DNA of 46,295 nucleotides, from the NCBI GenBank assembly GCA_002773855.1, contig PEZY01000005.1, positions 74,237 through 120,531 on the forward strand. The letters are read 5' to 3'. How positions within the stretch are numbered: position 1 is the first letter of the stretch; each line of letters starts with the position of its first letter. The DNA comes from Candidatus Buchananbacteria bacterium CG10_big_fil_rev_8_21_14_0_10_33_19. Lineage in GTDB: Bacteria; Patescibacteriota; Patescibacteriia; 2-01-FULL-39-33. A model generated the notes under the pieces. It worked only from the letters and a program-made list of their open reading frames with translations, had not been told where the DNA came from and did no database searches. The position numbers were made by a program, and so were the translations under genes. Shown here piece after piece: positions 9,400-17,303 of this stretch.

Positions 9400-9915
9400 T
9401 TAGAATTCAATTCCCGCTCGCGCTGGTACTTTCTGTTCAAAATAATGTTTAACCATCCTCATCTCCGTTATCAAATCAGCCCGAGCTTCTATTTCTGGCC
9501 ATAATCCTCTACCAGTCAATATCAATTCTAAATCTTGAGGCAAAGAATTATCCAAATAGTCTAACAAATCAACTAGTGGCAACATTTTTAATCTCACCGC
9601 ATTTAAAACTTCATCTAACACAATTAAATCATAATTATGTTGGATATCTAATAATTTAGCCATGGATTGTTGAGCCATATCCAAATCTTCTGATTCAAGA
9701 GAAAAATCAAAACGACCATCACTAGAACGCCTATCACGACCAAAAGAAAAATAATCAATACCCAAGTCCTCTAATATCTTGCGTTCATTATAATTATCAC
9801 CACCTTTGTCAAAAAAAATTATCGCCACTTTACTACCAAAACCCTTAGCTCTGAGTACTAAGCCCAGAGAGGCGGTAGTTTTTCCCTTGCCATCGCCATA
9901 GTAAACCTGAATCAT
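9400..9915 (-). CDS. cobO: Cob(I)alamin adenosyltransferase (CobO/BtuR/CobA family)
   Basis: MIQVYYGDGKGKTTASLG P-loop, LIVLDE, ELILTGR, ADLITEM..VKHYF..ARAGIEF; true start at 9915, 2 nt after the nrdJ stop. Confidence 0.93.
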   Translation of the reverse strand: MIQVYYGDGKGKTTASLGLVLRAKGFGSKVAIIFFDKGGDNYNERKILEDLGIDYFSFGRDRRSSDGRFDFSLESEDLDMAQQSMAKLLDIQHNYDLIVLDEVLNAVRLKMLPLVDLLDYLDNSLPQDLELILTGRGLWPEIEARADLITEMRMVKHYFEQKVPARAGIEF

Positions 9916-9917
9916 AG

Positions 9918-12284
9918 TTAAATTGAACAAGCACTTACGCCACAATTTTGACAAGTATAGCAACCCTCTGAAATCATAATCGCCCCACCACACTCTGGAC
10001 AAACACCGCTAGCAATAACTTCTTTTTTATTAGCTGATTTTACTGGGTTATGACCGTTAGTTACTACTTTACTTTGATTAACCATCGGCATTTCATCGGT
10101 CACACCAGCATTAGGATCTAACTGCTCTTTATTTTTATCTTCATCTTTAGCAATATTTAAAATTTGTTTATCCCGACTACCATCTCGATACACCGTACAA
10201 CCCTTACAGCCAGCTCGCCAAGCCATTAAGTAGCCATCCATAACATCTTTCTTGGTAGCTGAATATGGAAAATTAACTGTCTTAGAAATAGCATTATCAC
10301 AGTGCTTTTGAAAAGCTGCTTGCATTTTAATATGATCCGAGGCCGAAATATCCATGGATGTTACAAATACCTTCTTAACACTATCTGGGATACCTGCGAC
10401 ATTTTGCAAACTACCATTATTAATAATTTGTTTCTTAATACTATCAGACCAACAACCATTTTCTTTTAGGGCTTTTTCTAGATGTTTATTAAAATAAGTT
10501 AAATCAACATTACCACCCAACACATGTTTATAGTAATAAGCCAAAGCAAAATATGGCTCAACGCCACCAGACACATCCATCGTCATAGATATTGTACCAG
10601 TTGGGGCAATGTTGGTTAAAGCGGCATTACGCATTTTAACACCTCGTTCTTGATAAACAGATTTATCATAATTCTTAAATACGCCCTTTTCCTCGGCTAA
10701 TTCCTGAGACATTTGATGGGAAGCCTCTTGGATAGTCTTCATCACTTTATCAGCCATGTCAAAACCTTCTGGAGTGTTATAGCCGATATCTAATTTATAA
10801 AGCATGTCAGCAAAGCCCATAATACCCAAGCCAATTCGACGATTATCTTTAGACACTGTATTTACTTTTTCTGCCTGATACTGAGTAATATCAGTCACAT
10901 TATCCAACATTCTAACCGCTGATTTTGTCACATGCTTTAATCTCTCCCACAAAACCTCACCATTTTTAGCAAACTTTTCTAAATTAATAGAACCCAAGTT
11001 ACAGACATCGCCATCGTGTAAAAATTGCTCACCACAAGGATTACAAGCCTCTATCCGACCCAAGCCAGGTAACGGGTTAACCTTGTTAACAGTGTCCAAA
11101 AATACACAACCCGGCTCACCATTACTCCAAGCGGCGGAAATAATTTCATTAAAAATTTCACGAGCGGTCATTTTTTCTTCAACTATATCCAAAATCGTAT
11201 CATGTTCATCCCGCACTACTCGATGTAATGGATAATCTTTACCATTAAACCTTGGGATCCAAATGCTTTCATCATTTTTCTCGACCGCTTCCATAAATCG
11301 ATCAGTTAAACCAACCGAAATATTAAAATTCTTAATTTCCCCTTCTCGAGCTTTGCAATGTACAAACTCCAAAATATCAGGGTGTTCGACACTCATCACT
11401 GCCATATTAGCTCCATGACGATTTTGTTGTTTAATTACCCCAAAAGCCCGGTCATACACTTTCAAAAAAGATACTGGACCAGAAGCTACACCTCGAGATT
11501 TTTTAGCTCCCGAGCCAGCTGGCCTTAAGGTATGAAAAGGAAATCCTAAGCCAGAACCAGATTGTTGCAATAGTGCGGCATCTTTTAAAGTATCAAAAAT
11601 ACTGGTCATAGAATCAGAAATATTCAGCACAATACAATTAGCTACTACTGGCAACTCTGTCCCAGCATTGGTTAAAGTTCTACCAGCTGGTGTAAATTCA
11701 AAATTACTCAAAACTTCATAAAAATCCTTTTCAATTTCGGCTATTTTTTCCGAGCTTTTATTATATCTTTGTTCTACTGCCGCCAAAGAATTAGCTACTC
11801 TCTCCATCATTTGTTCTGGAGTCTCGATAACCTTCTCATTTTGATCTTTTTTAAGGTATCTTTTAGCCATCACCTTTAGAGCATTATCGGAATATGGCAA
11901 GGCAGTTACTAGGCCGTCCAAAATACCCTGCTGTCTTTCACGAGATTTAGACCTTTCTTCACGGTAAATAATATAGTTCTTAGCTACGGCGGGTAAATCA
12001 CTGTGAATTAGGATAATTTCTACAACATTTTGAATATCTTCAATAGATGGTATGCTTTCGGCATTGTATCTATTATTTAAGATATTAATAACACTTTCTA
12101 CTAAATTATCAACTATATTATAGTCATAATTATTAGAAGCCGTAAAAGACTTAATAATAGCTTGTTTGATTTTGTCCTTATTAAAATCAACAACTCGACC
12201 GTCTCTCTTACGGATCTTAGAAATTGTCTTTGATTCTGAAACATTGTCCTCAGAACCAGGTAAATTATTGGAGTTATCCACCAT
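9918..12284 (-). CDS. nrdJ: Class II (adenosylcobalamin-dependent) ribonucleotide reductase with N-terminal ATP-cone and C-terminal zinc ribbon
   Basis: ATP-cone IRKRDGRVVDFNKDKI; VANC, NPCGEQ, CNLGSINL, IAPTGTIS, KGCTVYRDGSR; CPECGG..EGCYTCQNCG tail; no beta-subunit gene; adjacent cobO. Confidence 0.93.
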   Translation of the reverse strand: MVDNSNNLPGSEDNVSESKTISKIRKRDGRVVDFNKDKIKQAIIKSFTASNNYDYNIVDNLVESVINILNNRYNAESIPSIEDIQNVVEIILIHSDLPAVAKNYIIYREERSKSRERQQGILDGLVTALPYSDNALKVMAKRYLKKDQNEKVIETPEQMMERVANSLAAVEQRYNKSSEKIAEIEKDFYEVLSNFEFTPAGRTLTNAGTELPVVANCIVLNISDSMTSIFDTLKDAALLQQSGSGLGFPFHTLRPAGSGAKKSRGVASGPVSFLKVYDRAFGVIKQQNRHGANMAVMSVEHPDILEFVHCKAREGEIKNFNISVGLTDRFMEAVEKNDESIWIPRFNGKDYPLHRVVRDEHDTILDIVEEKMTAREIFNEIISAAWSNGEPGCVFLDTVNKVNPLPGLGRIEACNPCGEQFLHDGDVCNLGSINLEKFAKNGEVLWERLKHVTKSAVRMLDNVTDITQYQAEKVNTVSKDNRRIGLGIMGFADMLYKLDIGYNTPEGFDMADKVMKTIQEASHQMSQELAEEKGVFKNYDKSVYQERGVKMRNAALTNIAPTGTISMTMDVSGGVEPYFALAYYYKHVLGGNVDLTYFNKHLEKALKENGCWSDSIKKQIINNGSLQNVAGIPDSVKKVFVTSMDISASDHIKMQAAFQKHCDNAISKTVNFPYSATKKDVMDGYLMAWRAGCKGCTVYRDGSRDKQILNIAKDEDKNKEQLDPNAGVTDEMPMVNQSKVVTNGHNPVKSANKKEVIASGVCPECGGAIMISEGCYTCQNCGVSACSI

Positions 12285-12316
12285 ATTATTAGAGAGTTAT
12301 TTATAAGAGTTTATAT

Positions 12317-12345
12317 ATCTTATCACAAAATAAAAAGGCGAGCAA
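12317..12345 (-). promoter_or_regulatory. Putative nrdJ promoter
   Basis: TTGCTC-17 nt-TAAGAT with TG extension. Confidence 0.45.
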
Positions 12346-12374
12346 AATAAGTAGGGAATAAAATTAAAGATTCT

Positions 12375-12401
12375 AAAAAAACACCATTTTTTGGTGTTTT
12401 T
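12375..12401 (-). terminator. Intrinsic terminator after the MEDS gene
   Basis: AAAAACACCA-AAAAA-TGGTGTTTTTTT on the minus strand. Confidence 0.7.
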
Positions 12402-12449
12402 CCTATTAAAAAATAAAATAACAGACCTAATATTATATTTAGTAAATAT

Positions 12450-13094
12450 TTATTTTTTTAAAATTTTTAACATTTTTTGCCTAGCACTGCTAAATTCTTC
12501 ATCTGATAAATAAATTGGGTTTTGAATAATTTTCTTACCATATATTACATAAGGATGTGTTTTAAAAACATCTACTAACAACTCTTCAGAAAAACGTTTT
12601 TGGTTGTACTGACAAATAGCACAAACCCCATACTCCTCAAAAAAATCATTTAATTTATATTCATATTCTATTAACTTTTCTGACCCTGGATCACCGCCAA
12701 ACATCCAAGTCATCTCTCCGGTTATTCTCAAACCAGTATAACCATTTTTAATGGCTGTCCGAGCAGTCTTTTTTATAAAAGCTACCATCTTTTTAGGACT
12801 AAAATACCCATCCTTTAAATAGGTTTCATTTTTAGTTAACAGTAATAAATTACCTTTTTTAATCGCTGATAAAAATAACTTGGAATCATCTAATTTCATA
12901 GCCTTAATTACTGCTTCAGTTGTGTTATCATCAGCCACGTAAATACATTTCTCGTTCCTATCTAAGCCAATTTTAATAAAAGGAATGATAGAAGAAAATT
13001 GCTCGCTGAGCGTATTGTAAATCAAACACAAATGATCACCTAACTTAATATCGGCTAACTGATTAAAAAATTGTGACTTTTTAGTCTTATTCAT
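12450..13094 (-). CDS. Stand-alone MEDS-domain sensory protein
   Basis: DHLCLIY..FIKIGLDRNEKCIYV..GYTGLRITGEMTW..LIEYE..AICQY..THP matches the MEDS family. ATG at 13094 lies 6 nt after TATAAT (leaderless-type); the track start at 13109 is a GTG. Confidence 0.85.
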   Translation of the reverse strand: MNKTKKSQFFNQLADIKLGDHLCLIYNTLSEQFSSIIPFIKIGLDRNEKCIYVADDNTTEAVIKAMKLDDSKLFLSAIKKGNLLLLTKNETYLKDGYFSPKKMVAFIKKTARTAIKNGYTGLRITGEMTWMFGGDPGSEKLIEYEYKLNDFFEEYGVCAICQYNQKRFSEELLVDVFKTHPYVIYGKKIIQNPIYLSDEEFSSARQKMLKILKK

Positions 13095-13186
13095 ATAATT
13101 ATTATACACCCATTCATATTTAAATTAAATACCAAGGACTTGGGCCTAGATCTGATATTTTAAAATGCCTTAAAATATTAACCAAT

Positions 13187-13211
13187 AAAAAAAGTGCGAA
13201 ATTATCGCACT
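13187..13211 (-). terminator. Intrinsic terminator
   Basis: AGTGCGA-TAATT-TCGCACT followed by a T tract on the minus strand. Confidence 0.7.
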
Positions 13212-13224
13212 AGTAAACATAACT

Positions 13225-13758
13225 TTATTTTTTTATTTCCCTGGGACCATTAACACCAGAAATTCCACAACCAATCCAATGTACTTCAGCACTGTTTGTA
13301 TCTGGTGCATCTAAAACCACCAAATAATCATCAGCATCATAAGTAGTCCAGCCATTATCACTTTTAATGATATTGTTAACCAATGGCTCAACATCACCAT
13401 AAAAATGCACAAATCCACAACCATAATCCACGGCAATTATCATTTTTCCAGCGAAGGGAGAAATGGCCTTAAAGACATTAAATTCTGGACTATCCTTAAG
13501 ACTAAATAGCAATTTAGACCAAGCTTGCTTGTCTCCTTTTTTTAAAAGTTCAATTTTGTCTTCTATATCACGAGCCAAAGAAGTTCTAACGCCACAAAAT
13601 CCTCTTGGCACATCATCAACTGTGCTAACTGACTTTACGACTGCGACTTTATTTTCTTCCGTTGGATCTAAAATAAATAATCTCAATGAATTTAAATAAT
13701 CATTAAATAATCGACTACGACGTTCATCTCGAGCCATATCTGTTAAGGCATCACTCAT
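13225..13758 (-). CDS. Hypothetical protein
   Basis: 177-aa ORF, AAAGGAG SD upstream, terminator downstream. Confidence 0.75.
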   Translation of the reverse strand: MSDALTDMARDERRSRLFNDYLNSLRLFILDPTEENKVAVVKSVSTVDDVPRGFCGVRTSLARDIEDKIELLKKGDKQAWSKLLFSLKDSPEFNVFKAISPFAGKMIIAVDYGCGFVHFYGDVEPLVNNIIKSDNGWTTYDADDYLVVLDAPDTNSAEVHWIGCGISGVNGPREIKK

Positions 13759-13801
13759 TTTATGTCTCCTTTGGTAACTATAAATTACAAATTAAATAAA
13801 A

Positions 13802-14137
13802 TTAAATAAGATGTAATTTATATTTACCCCAAAGTGAACTACAGATATACGATCTATCGCCATTTTTTTTATAAGCCACCGGACAAATAGCCACTTCATA
13901 ACCTCGGGACTTAAACTGTCTGATAACCACTCCAGGACGAGGATCCATCATGGAAGTTGGTACATTTATAATATTAATTAATGGTTGATAACCTTCTGCT
14001 AAAAGATCAGCTGGATCACCAACTACTCTCACACCAGCAATTTCAACCTCTAAATCATTATTACTTTCTACTGCTCGACGCATTAGTGTGGCAATTAGCA
14101 GAGCTATAACCAAAACCACTAAAGTAGCAACTATCAT
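13802..14137 (-). CDS. Hypothetical membrane-anchored protein
   Basis: N-terminal TM; strong AAGGAGG SD. Confidence 0.75.
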   Translation of the reverse strand: MIVATLVVLVIALLIATLMRRAVESNNDLEVEIAGVRVVGDPADLLAEGYQPLINIINVPTSMMDPRPGVVIRQFKSRGYEVAICPVAYKKNGDRSYICSSLWGKYKLHLI

Positions 14138-14419
14138 ATTTGCCTCCTTCTTTGGGGTTTATTTAAGGTACGATACCTAATAATTACCATTTGCACGGAA
14201 ATTTGTCAATATAATTTATTACGTAACAAATTAATCATATTTTAAATTAAAAATAAAAAACAGCCGCGTTGCGCTAAAGGGAGTAATTTGGGAAAAAGTT
14301 TCATAACAGGTGGCTGACCTCATTTTCAGTAAATCTTAACACATACTCCTTATTGACTTAATTATTTTTATACTACAATCATCTTACATAGATGTTAACA
14401 AAGTGTTAAAATACTAAAT

Positions 14420-16315
14420 ATGAAAATGCCAAATATCAATCAATTTTATAACAAATTTAATTCTAAAATAGAATATTTTATGAAATACTATTACCTGTTG
14501 ATTATTGGAGTATTATTGATTATCGGAGCATTATTAATTAGTCTATTCTATTTTGGAGAACAAAAAAATCAATTTTTTAAGCTAGTCGATATCTGTCAAG
14601 ATAGGCATACTATTGAATGTAGGACTGACCAATTACCTTATAACAACCCCAAACTCCCCCTAGAGAAACGAGTGGATGATCTTTTGAGCAGAATGACGCT
14701 GCCAGAAAAAATTGGCCAGATGATGTTAATTGAAAGAAATAGTCTAAAAAATGACAATGATATAGCTTTATATGGCCTAGGTGGACTGCTGAGCGGCATG
14801 GGTTCAAAACCAGATCTAGACACACCAGAGGGTTGGCTAAGTATGGTAAATGAGTACGGTCGCATTAGCAAAACTACTAGACTAGGAATACCAGTCTTAT
14901 ACGGAGCTGATGCTATCCACGGACATACTAATATAAAAGAAGCGACTGCTTTCCCTCATTTTATTGGTTTAGGAGCTACTGGTGATGTCGAACTAGTCAA
15001 AAAAGTTGCGCTGGCAACCACTCAGGAATTAGCAGCCAGCGCTATTTATTGGAATTTTTCACCGAATGTGGATGTTTTAGGCGACCCCAGATGGGGCCGA
15101 TTTTATGAATCATTTGGTTCTGATCCATCACTAGTAACCAGACTGGGAGTGGCCTATTTGGAAGGAATTGCAGCATATGATTCCAGTCCTTATCATCCGA
15201 TTGGCACCGCAAAACATTTTATTGGAGCTGGAGCTATGCTTTGGGGAACATCAGTTAATAAAAACTTTAAAATTGATCAAGGAGAATCAGATATTAGTTT
15301 AGATGAACTTCGCCAGCGACATTTGCCATCATTTAAGGCTGCTATCGCAGCTGGTGTGCCAAGTGTTATGATTGGTCTCAATAATTGGCAAAACAAAAAA
15401 ATTTCTGAAAACCAGTATCTAATTACCGATGTCCTAAAAAAAGAAATGGGATTTAGTGGTTTTGTAATATCTGATTGGTATGGCGCCTATGAAATTGAAA
15501 ACAATAAATATAAAGCTACGGTCACCGCTGTCAACGCTGGTATTGATATGATTATGCTACCTTTTGAATATAAAAGATTTATGGCAGATATACAGACAGC
15601 TGTCGACAAAGGAGATATTAGTCAGGAGAGAATAGACGATGCCGTAGCGAGAATCCTGAAAGTAAAATTTCAAATTGGCTTATTTGATAATCTAAATTAC
15701 AATCCAGCAGCTATAGCTGACATTGGTTCCGCCGAACATCGTGCAATAGCTAGAGAAGCAGTCAGCAAATCAATCGTTATTTTAAAAAATGAAAAACAAT
15801 TAATCCCAATTTCTAAATTTTCAAAAAAAATATATGTCGCCGGAGACGCAGCTGATAATTTAGGCATACAACTAGGCGGTTGGTCGGTCGAATGGCAAGG
15901 TATAAATGGTAATTGGACTCCTGGCACGACAATATTAGATGGAATACGGGAAGTAGTATCACCTCAGGTTAATTTGGTATATAATAAAGATGGAAACTTT
16001 AATGACAATAGTAAACTAGCTGATATTGGCATTATGGTGGTTGGAGAGAAGCCATACGCCGAAGGCTGGGGAGATAAAGAGGATTTATCTTTAAGTGATA
16101 ATGATTTAGAAATAATTGATAAATTGAAAAAAAATTCTAAAAAAATTATAGTTATAATCATATCTGGACGTCCTTTAGTAATAAAAAATGAAATAAAAAA
16201 TTGGGATGCTACCGTGGCTGCCTGGCTTCCCGGCAGTGAAGGTGCCGGAGTTGCTGACATTATATTTGGCAACAAACCAATAACTGGCAAACTACCGGTC
16301 AATTGGAGTCTATAA
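14420..16315 (+). CDS. Membrane-anchored glycoside hydrolase family 3 (beta-glucosidase/exo-glucanase)
   Basis: RMTLPEKIGQM, DAIHGH, DPRWGRFYES, AKHF, nucleophile VISDW, GEKPYAEG, AAWLPGSEG; N-terminal TM. Start may be the ATG at 14480. Confidence 0.93.
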   Translation: MKMPNINQFYNKFNSKIEYFMKYYYLLIIGVLLIIGALLISLFYFGEQKNQFFKLVDICQDRHTIECRTDQLPYNNPKLPLEKRVDDLLSRMTLPEKIGQMMLIERNSLKNDNDIALYGLGGLLSGMGSKPDLDTPEGWLSMVNEYGRISKTTRLGIPVLYGADAIHGHTNIKEATAFPHFIGLGATGDVELVKKVALATTQELAASAIYWNFSPNVDVLGDPRWGRFYESFGSDPSLVTRLGVAYLEGIAAYDSSPYHPIGTAKHFIGAGAMLWGTSVNKNFKIDQGESDISLDELRQRHLPSFKAAIAAGVPSVMIGLNNWQNKKISENQYLITDVLKKEMGFSGFVISDWYGAYEIENNKYKATVTAVNAGIDMIMLPFEYKRFMADIQTAVDKGDISQERIDDAVARILKVKFQIGLFDNLNYNPAAIADIGSAEHRAIAREAVSKSIVILKNEKQLIPISKFSKKIYVAGDAADNLGIQLGGWSVEWQGINGNWTPGTTILDGIREVVSPQVNLVYNKDGNFNDNSKLADIGIMVVGEKPYAEGWGDKEDLSLSDNDLEIIDKLKKNSKKIIVIIISGRPLVIKNEIKNWDATVAAWLPGSEGAGVADIIFGNKPITGKLPVNWSL

Positions 16316-16456
16316 TTTAAAACATTTGATACTAATTATAATGTTATCTATCTTTGATAAATCAAAAATCATCAATACAACTTTAATTTTTTTGTACTAA
16401 CACTAATATATACTTAATAAAAAAATAATATATAATTAATCATTAAATTTAAATTT

Positions 16457-16705
16457 ATGGGAATTATTCTTTGGATTATATTCGGTGGCCTAGTGGGCTG
16501 GATCGCCTCCATCATCATGAATACCAACGCCCAACAAGGTATTATTATGAATATACTAATCGGCATTATTGGTGCAGTCATCGGTGGCTGGCTCATGAGC
16601 TTTTTCGGCAAAAGTGGTGTTGGTTCTTTTAATTTATACAGTTTTTTAGTGGCCCTACTTGGAGCCCTATTCCTGATTTGGATTTTTAAAATGTTGCGCC
16701 ATTAA
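16457..16705 (+). CDS. GlsB/YeaQ/YmgE family (transglycosylase-associated) membrane protein
   Basis: WIIFGGLVGWIAS..NILIGIIGAVIGG..SFLVALLGA. Confidence 0.9.
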   Translation: MGIILWIIFGGLVGWIASIIMNTNAQQGIIMNILIGIIGAVIGGWLMSFFGKSGVGSFNLYSFLVALLGALFLIWIFKMLRH

Positions 16706-16725
16706 TTACTGTTCATTACACTAAT

Positions 16726-16753
16726 AAAAAAGACCCCTAGGGGGGTCTTTTTT
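16726..16753. terminator. Bidirectional intrinsic terminator
   Basis: AAAAAAGACCCC-TAGG-GGGGTCTTTTTT between convergent units. Confidence 0.85.
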
Positions 16754-16762
16754 ATTTTATAT

Positions 16763-16889
16763 TCCGCGAACTGGACTCACCTTCCACTCTAATCGGCTTC
16801 CGCCTCTTCGGTTACACGCCGGCTCTCGCGGTTTGCTTCGCCCAAAAGTGCGTCATCAAACATCGCTCCGGACTTCGAGTCCAGACGCG
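16763..16889 (-). repeat. tRNA-Asn 3'-end fragments (one sense, one antisense) enclosing a structured insert
   Basis: 16763-16778 identical to 16961-16976; 16874-16884 is the reverse complement of 16969-16979. Confidence 0.85.
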
Positions 16890-16918
16890 ACACAAGCTAT
16901 TGTGTCGCTTTCGCTTCA

Positions 16919-16959
16919 CAAAAATAAAAACAGGCACAAAGTGCCTGTTTTTATTTTTG
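16919..16959 (-). terminator. 19-bp perfect inverted repeat/terminator directly 3' of tRNA-Asn
   Basis: CAAAAATAAAAACAGGCAC-AAA-GTGCCTGTTTTTATTTTTG. Confidence 0.8.
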
Positions 16960-17031
16960 CTCCGCGAACTGGACTCGAACCAGTAACCTACCGGTTAACA
17001 GCCGGTTGCTCTACCATTGAGCTATCGCGGA
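16960..17031 (-). tRNA. tRNA-Asn(GTT), CCA not encoded
   Basis: TCCGCGA-TAGCTCAATGGTAGAGC-A-ACCGG-CTGTTAA-CCGGT-AGGTT-ACTGG-TTCGAGT-CCAGT-TCGCGGA-G folds into a full cloverleaf. Confidence 0.97.
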
Positions 17032-17060
17032 ATATATTTTTACTTTCTGATCAATTTAAT

Positions 17061-17210
17061 CGGTTGCTCTTCCGGGGCAGCGCCAAATGCTCCCACTTGG
17101 TCGCATCTGTCGATCTTTCGCTTCGCCTTACGGCTCGCTCAATTCTGCCCGTTCATCCGGCTACGCCTTCTGAACCCATTGAGCTATCGCGGAATATATT
17201 TTTACTTTCT
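17061..17210 (-). repeat. Duplicated 5' part of tRNA-Asn with a 105-nt insert in the D-loop
   Basis: 17176-17210 is an exact 35-bp copy of 17014-17048; 17061-17070 copies 17003-17012; insert is 17071-17175. Confidence 0.88.
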
Positions 17211-17271
17211 AAACAATTTAAAAAAATATAAGTTGATATTAAAGGCGAGCCGTTACAGACTCACCTCAAAC

Positions 17272-17300
17272 ATAATATCAACTATATCGACTATTGTCAA
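17272..17300 (-). promoter_or_regulatory. Strong sigma70 promoter for the tRNA-Asn locus
   Basis: TTGACA-17 nt-TATTAT with TG extension. Confidence 0.75.
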
Positions 17301-17303
17301 CAA

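Noticed and set aside
9916-10002. N-terminal extension of cobO in the ORF track
   Set aside because: Overlaps the nrdJ 3' end; family similarity starts at MIQVYYG (9915).
12381-12397. NrdR box upstream of nrdJ (ACACCATTTTTTGGTGT)
   Set aside because: 17 bp rather than 16, single copy, upstream of the predicted -35, and better explained as the MEDS gene terminator; not fully excluded.
16763-17210. CRISPR array, prophage att sites or group I intron
   Set aside because: The repeats are tRNA fragments of unequal length with no spacer periodicity and no cas or integrase genes; the inserts (about 100 nt) are too short for a group I core and the intact tRNA is uninterrupted.
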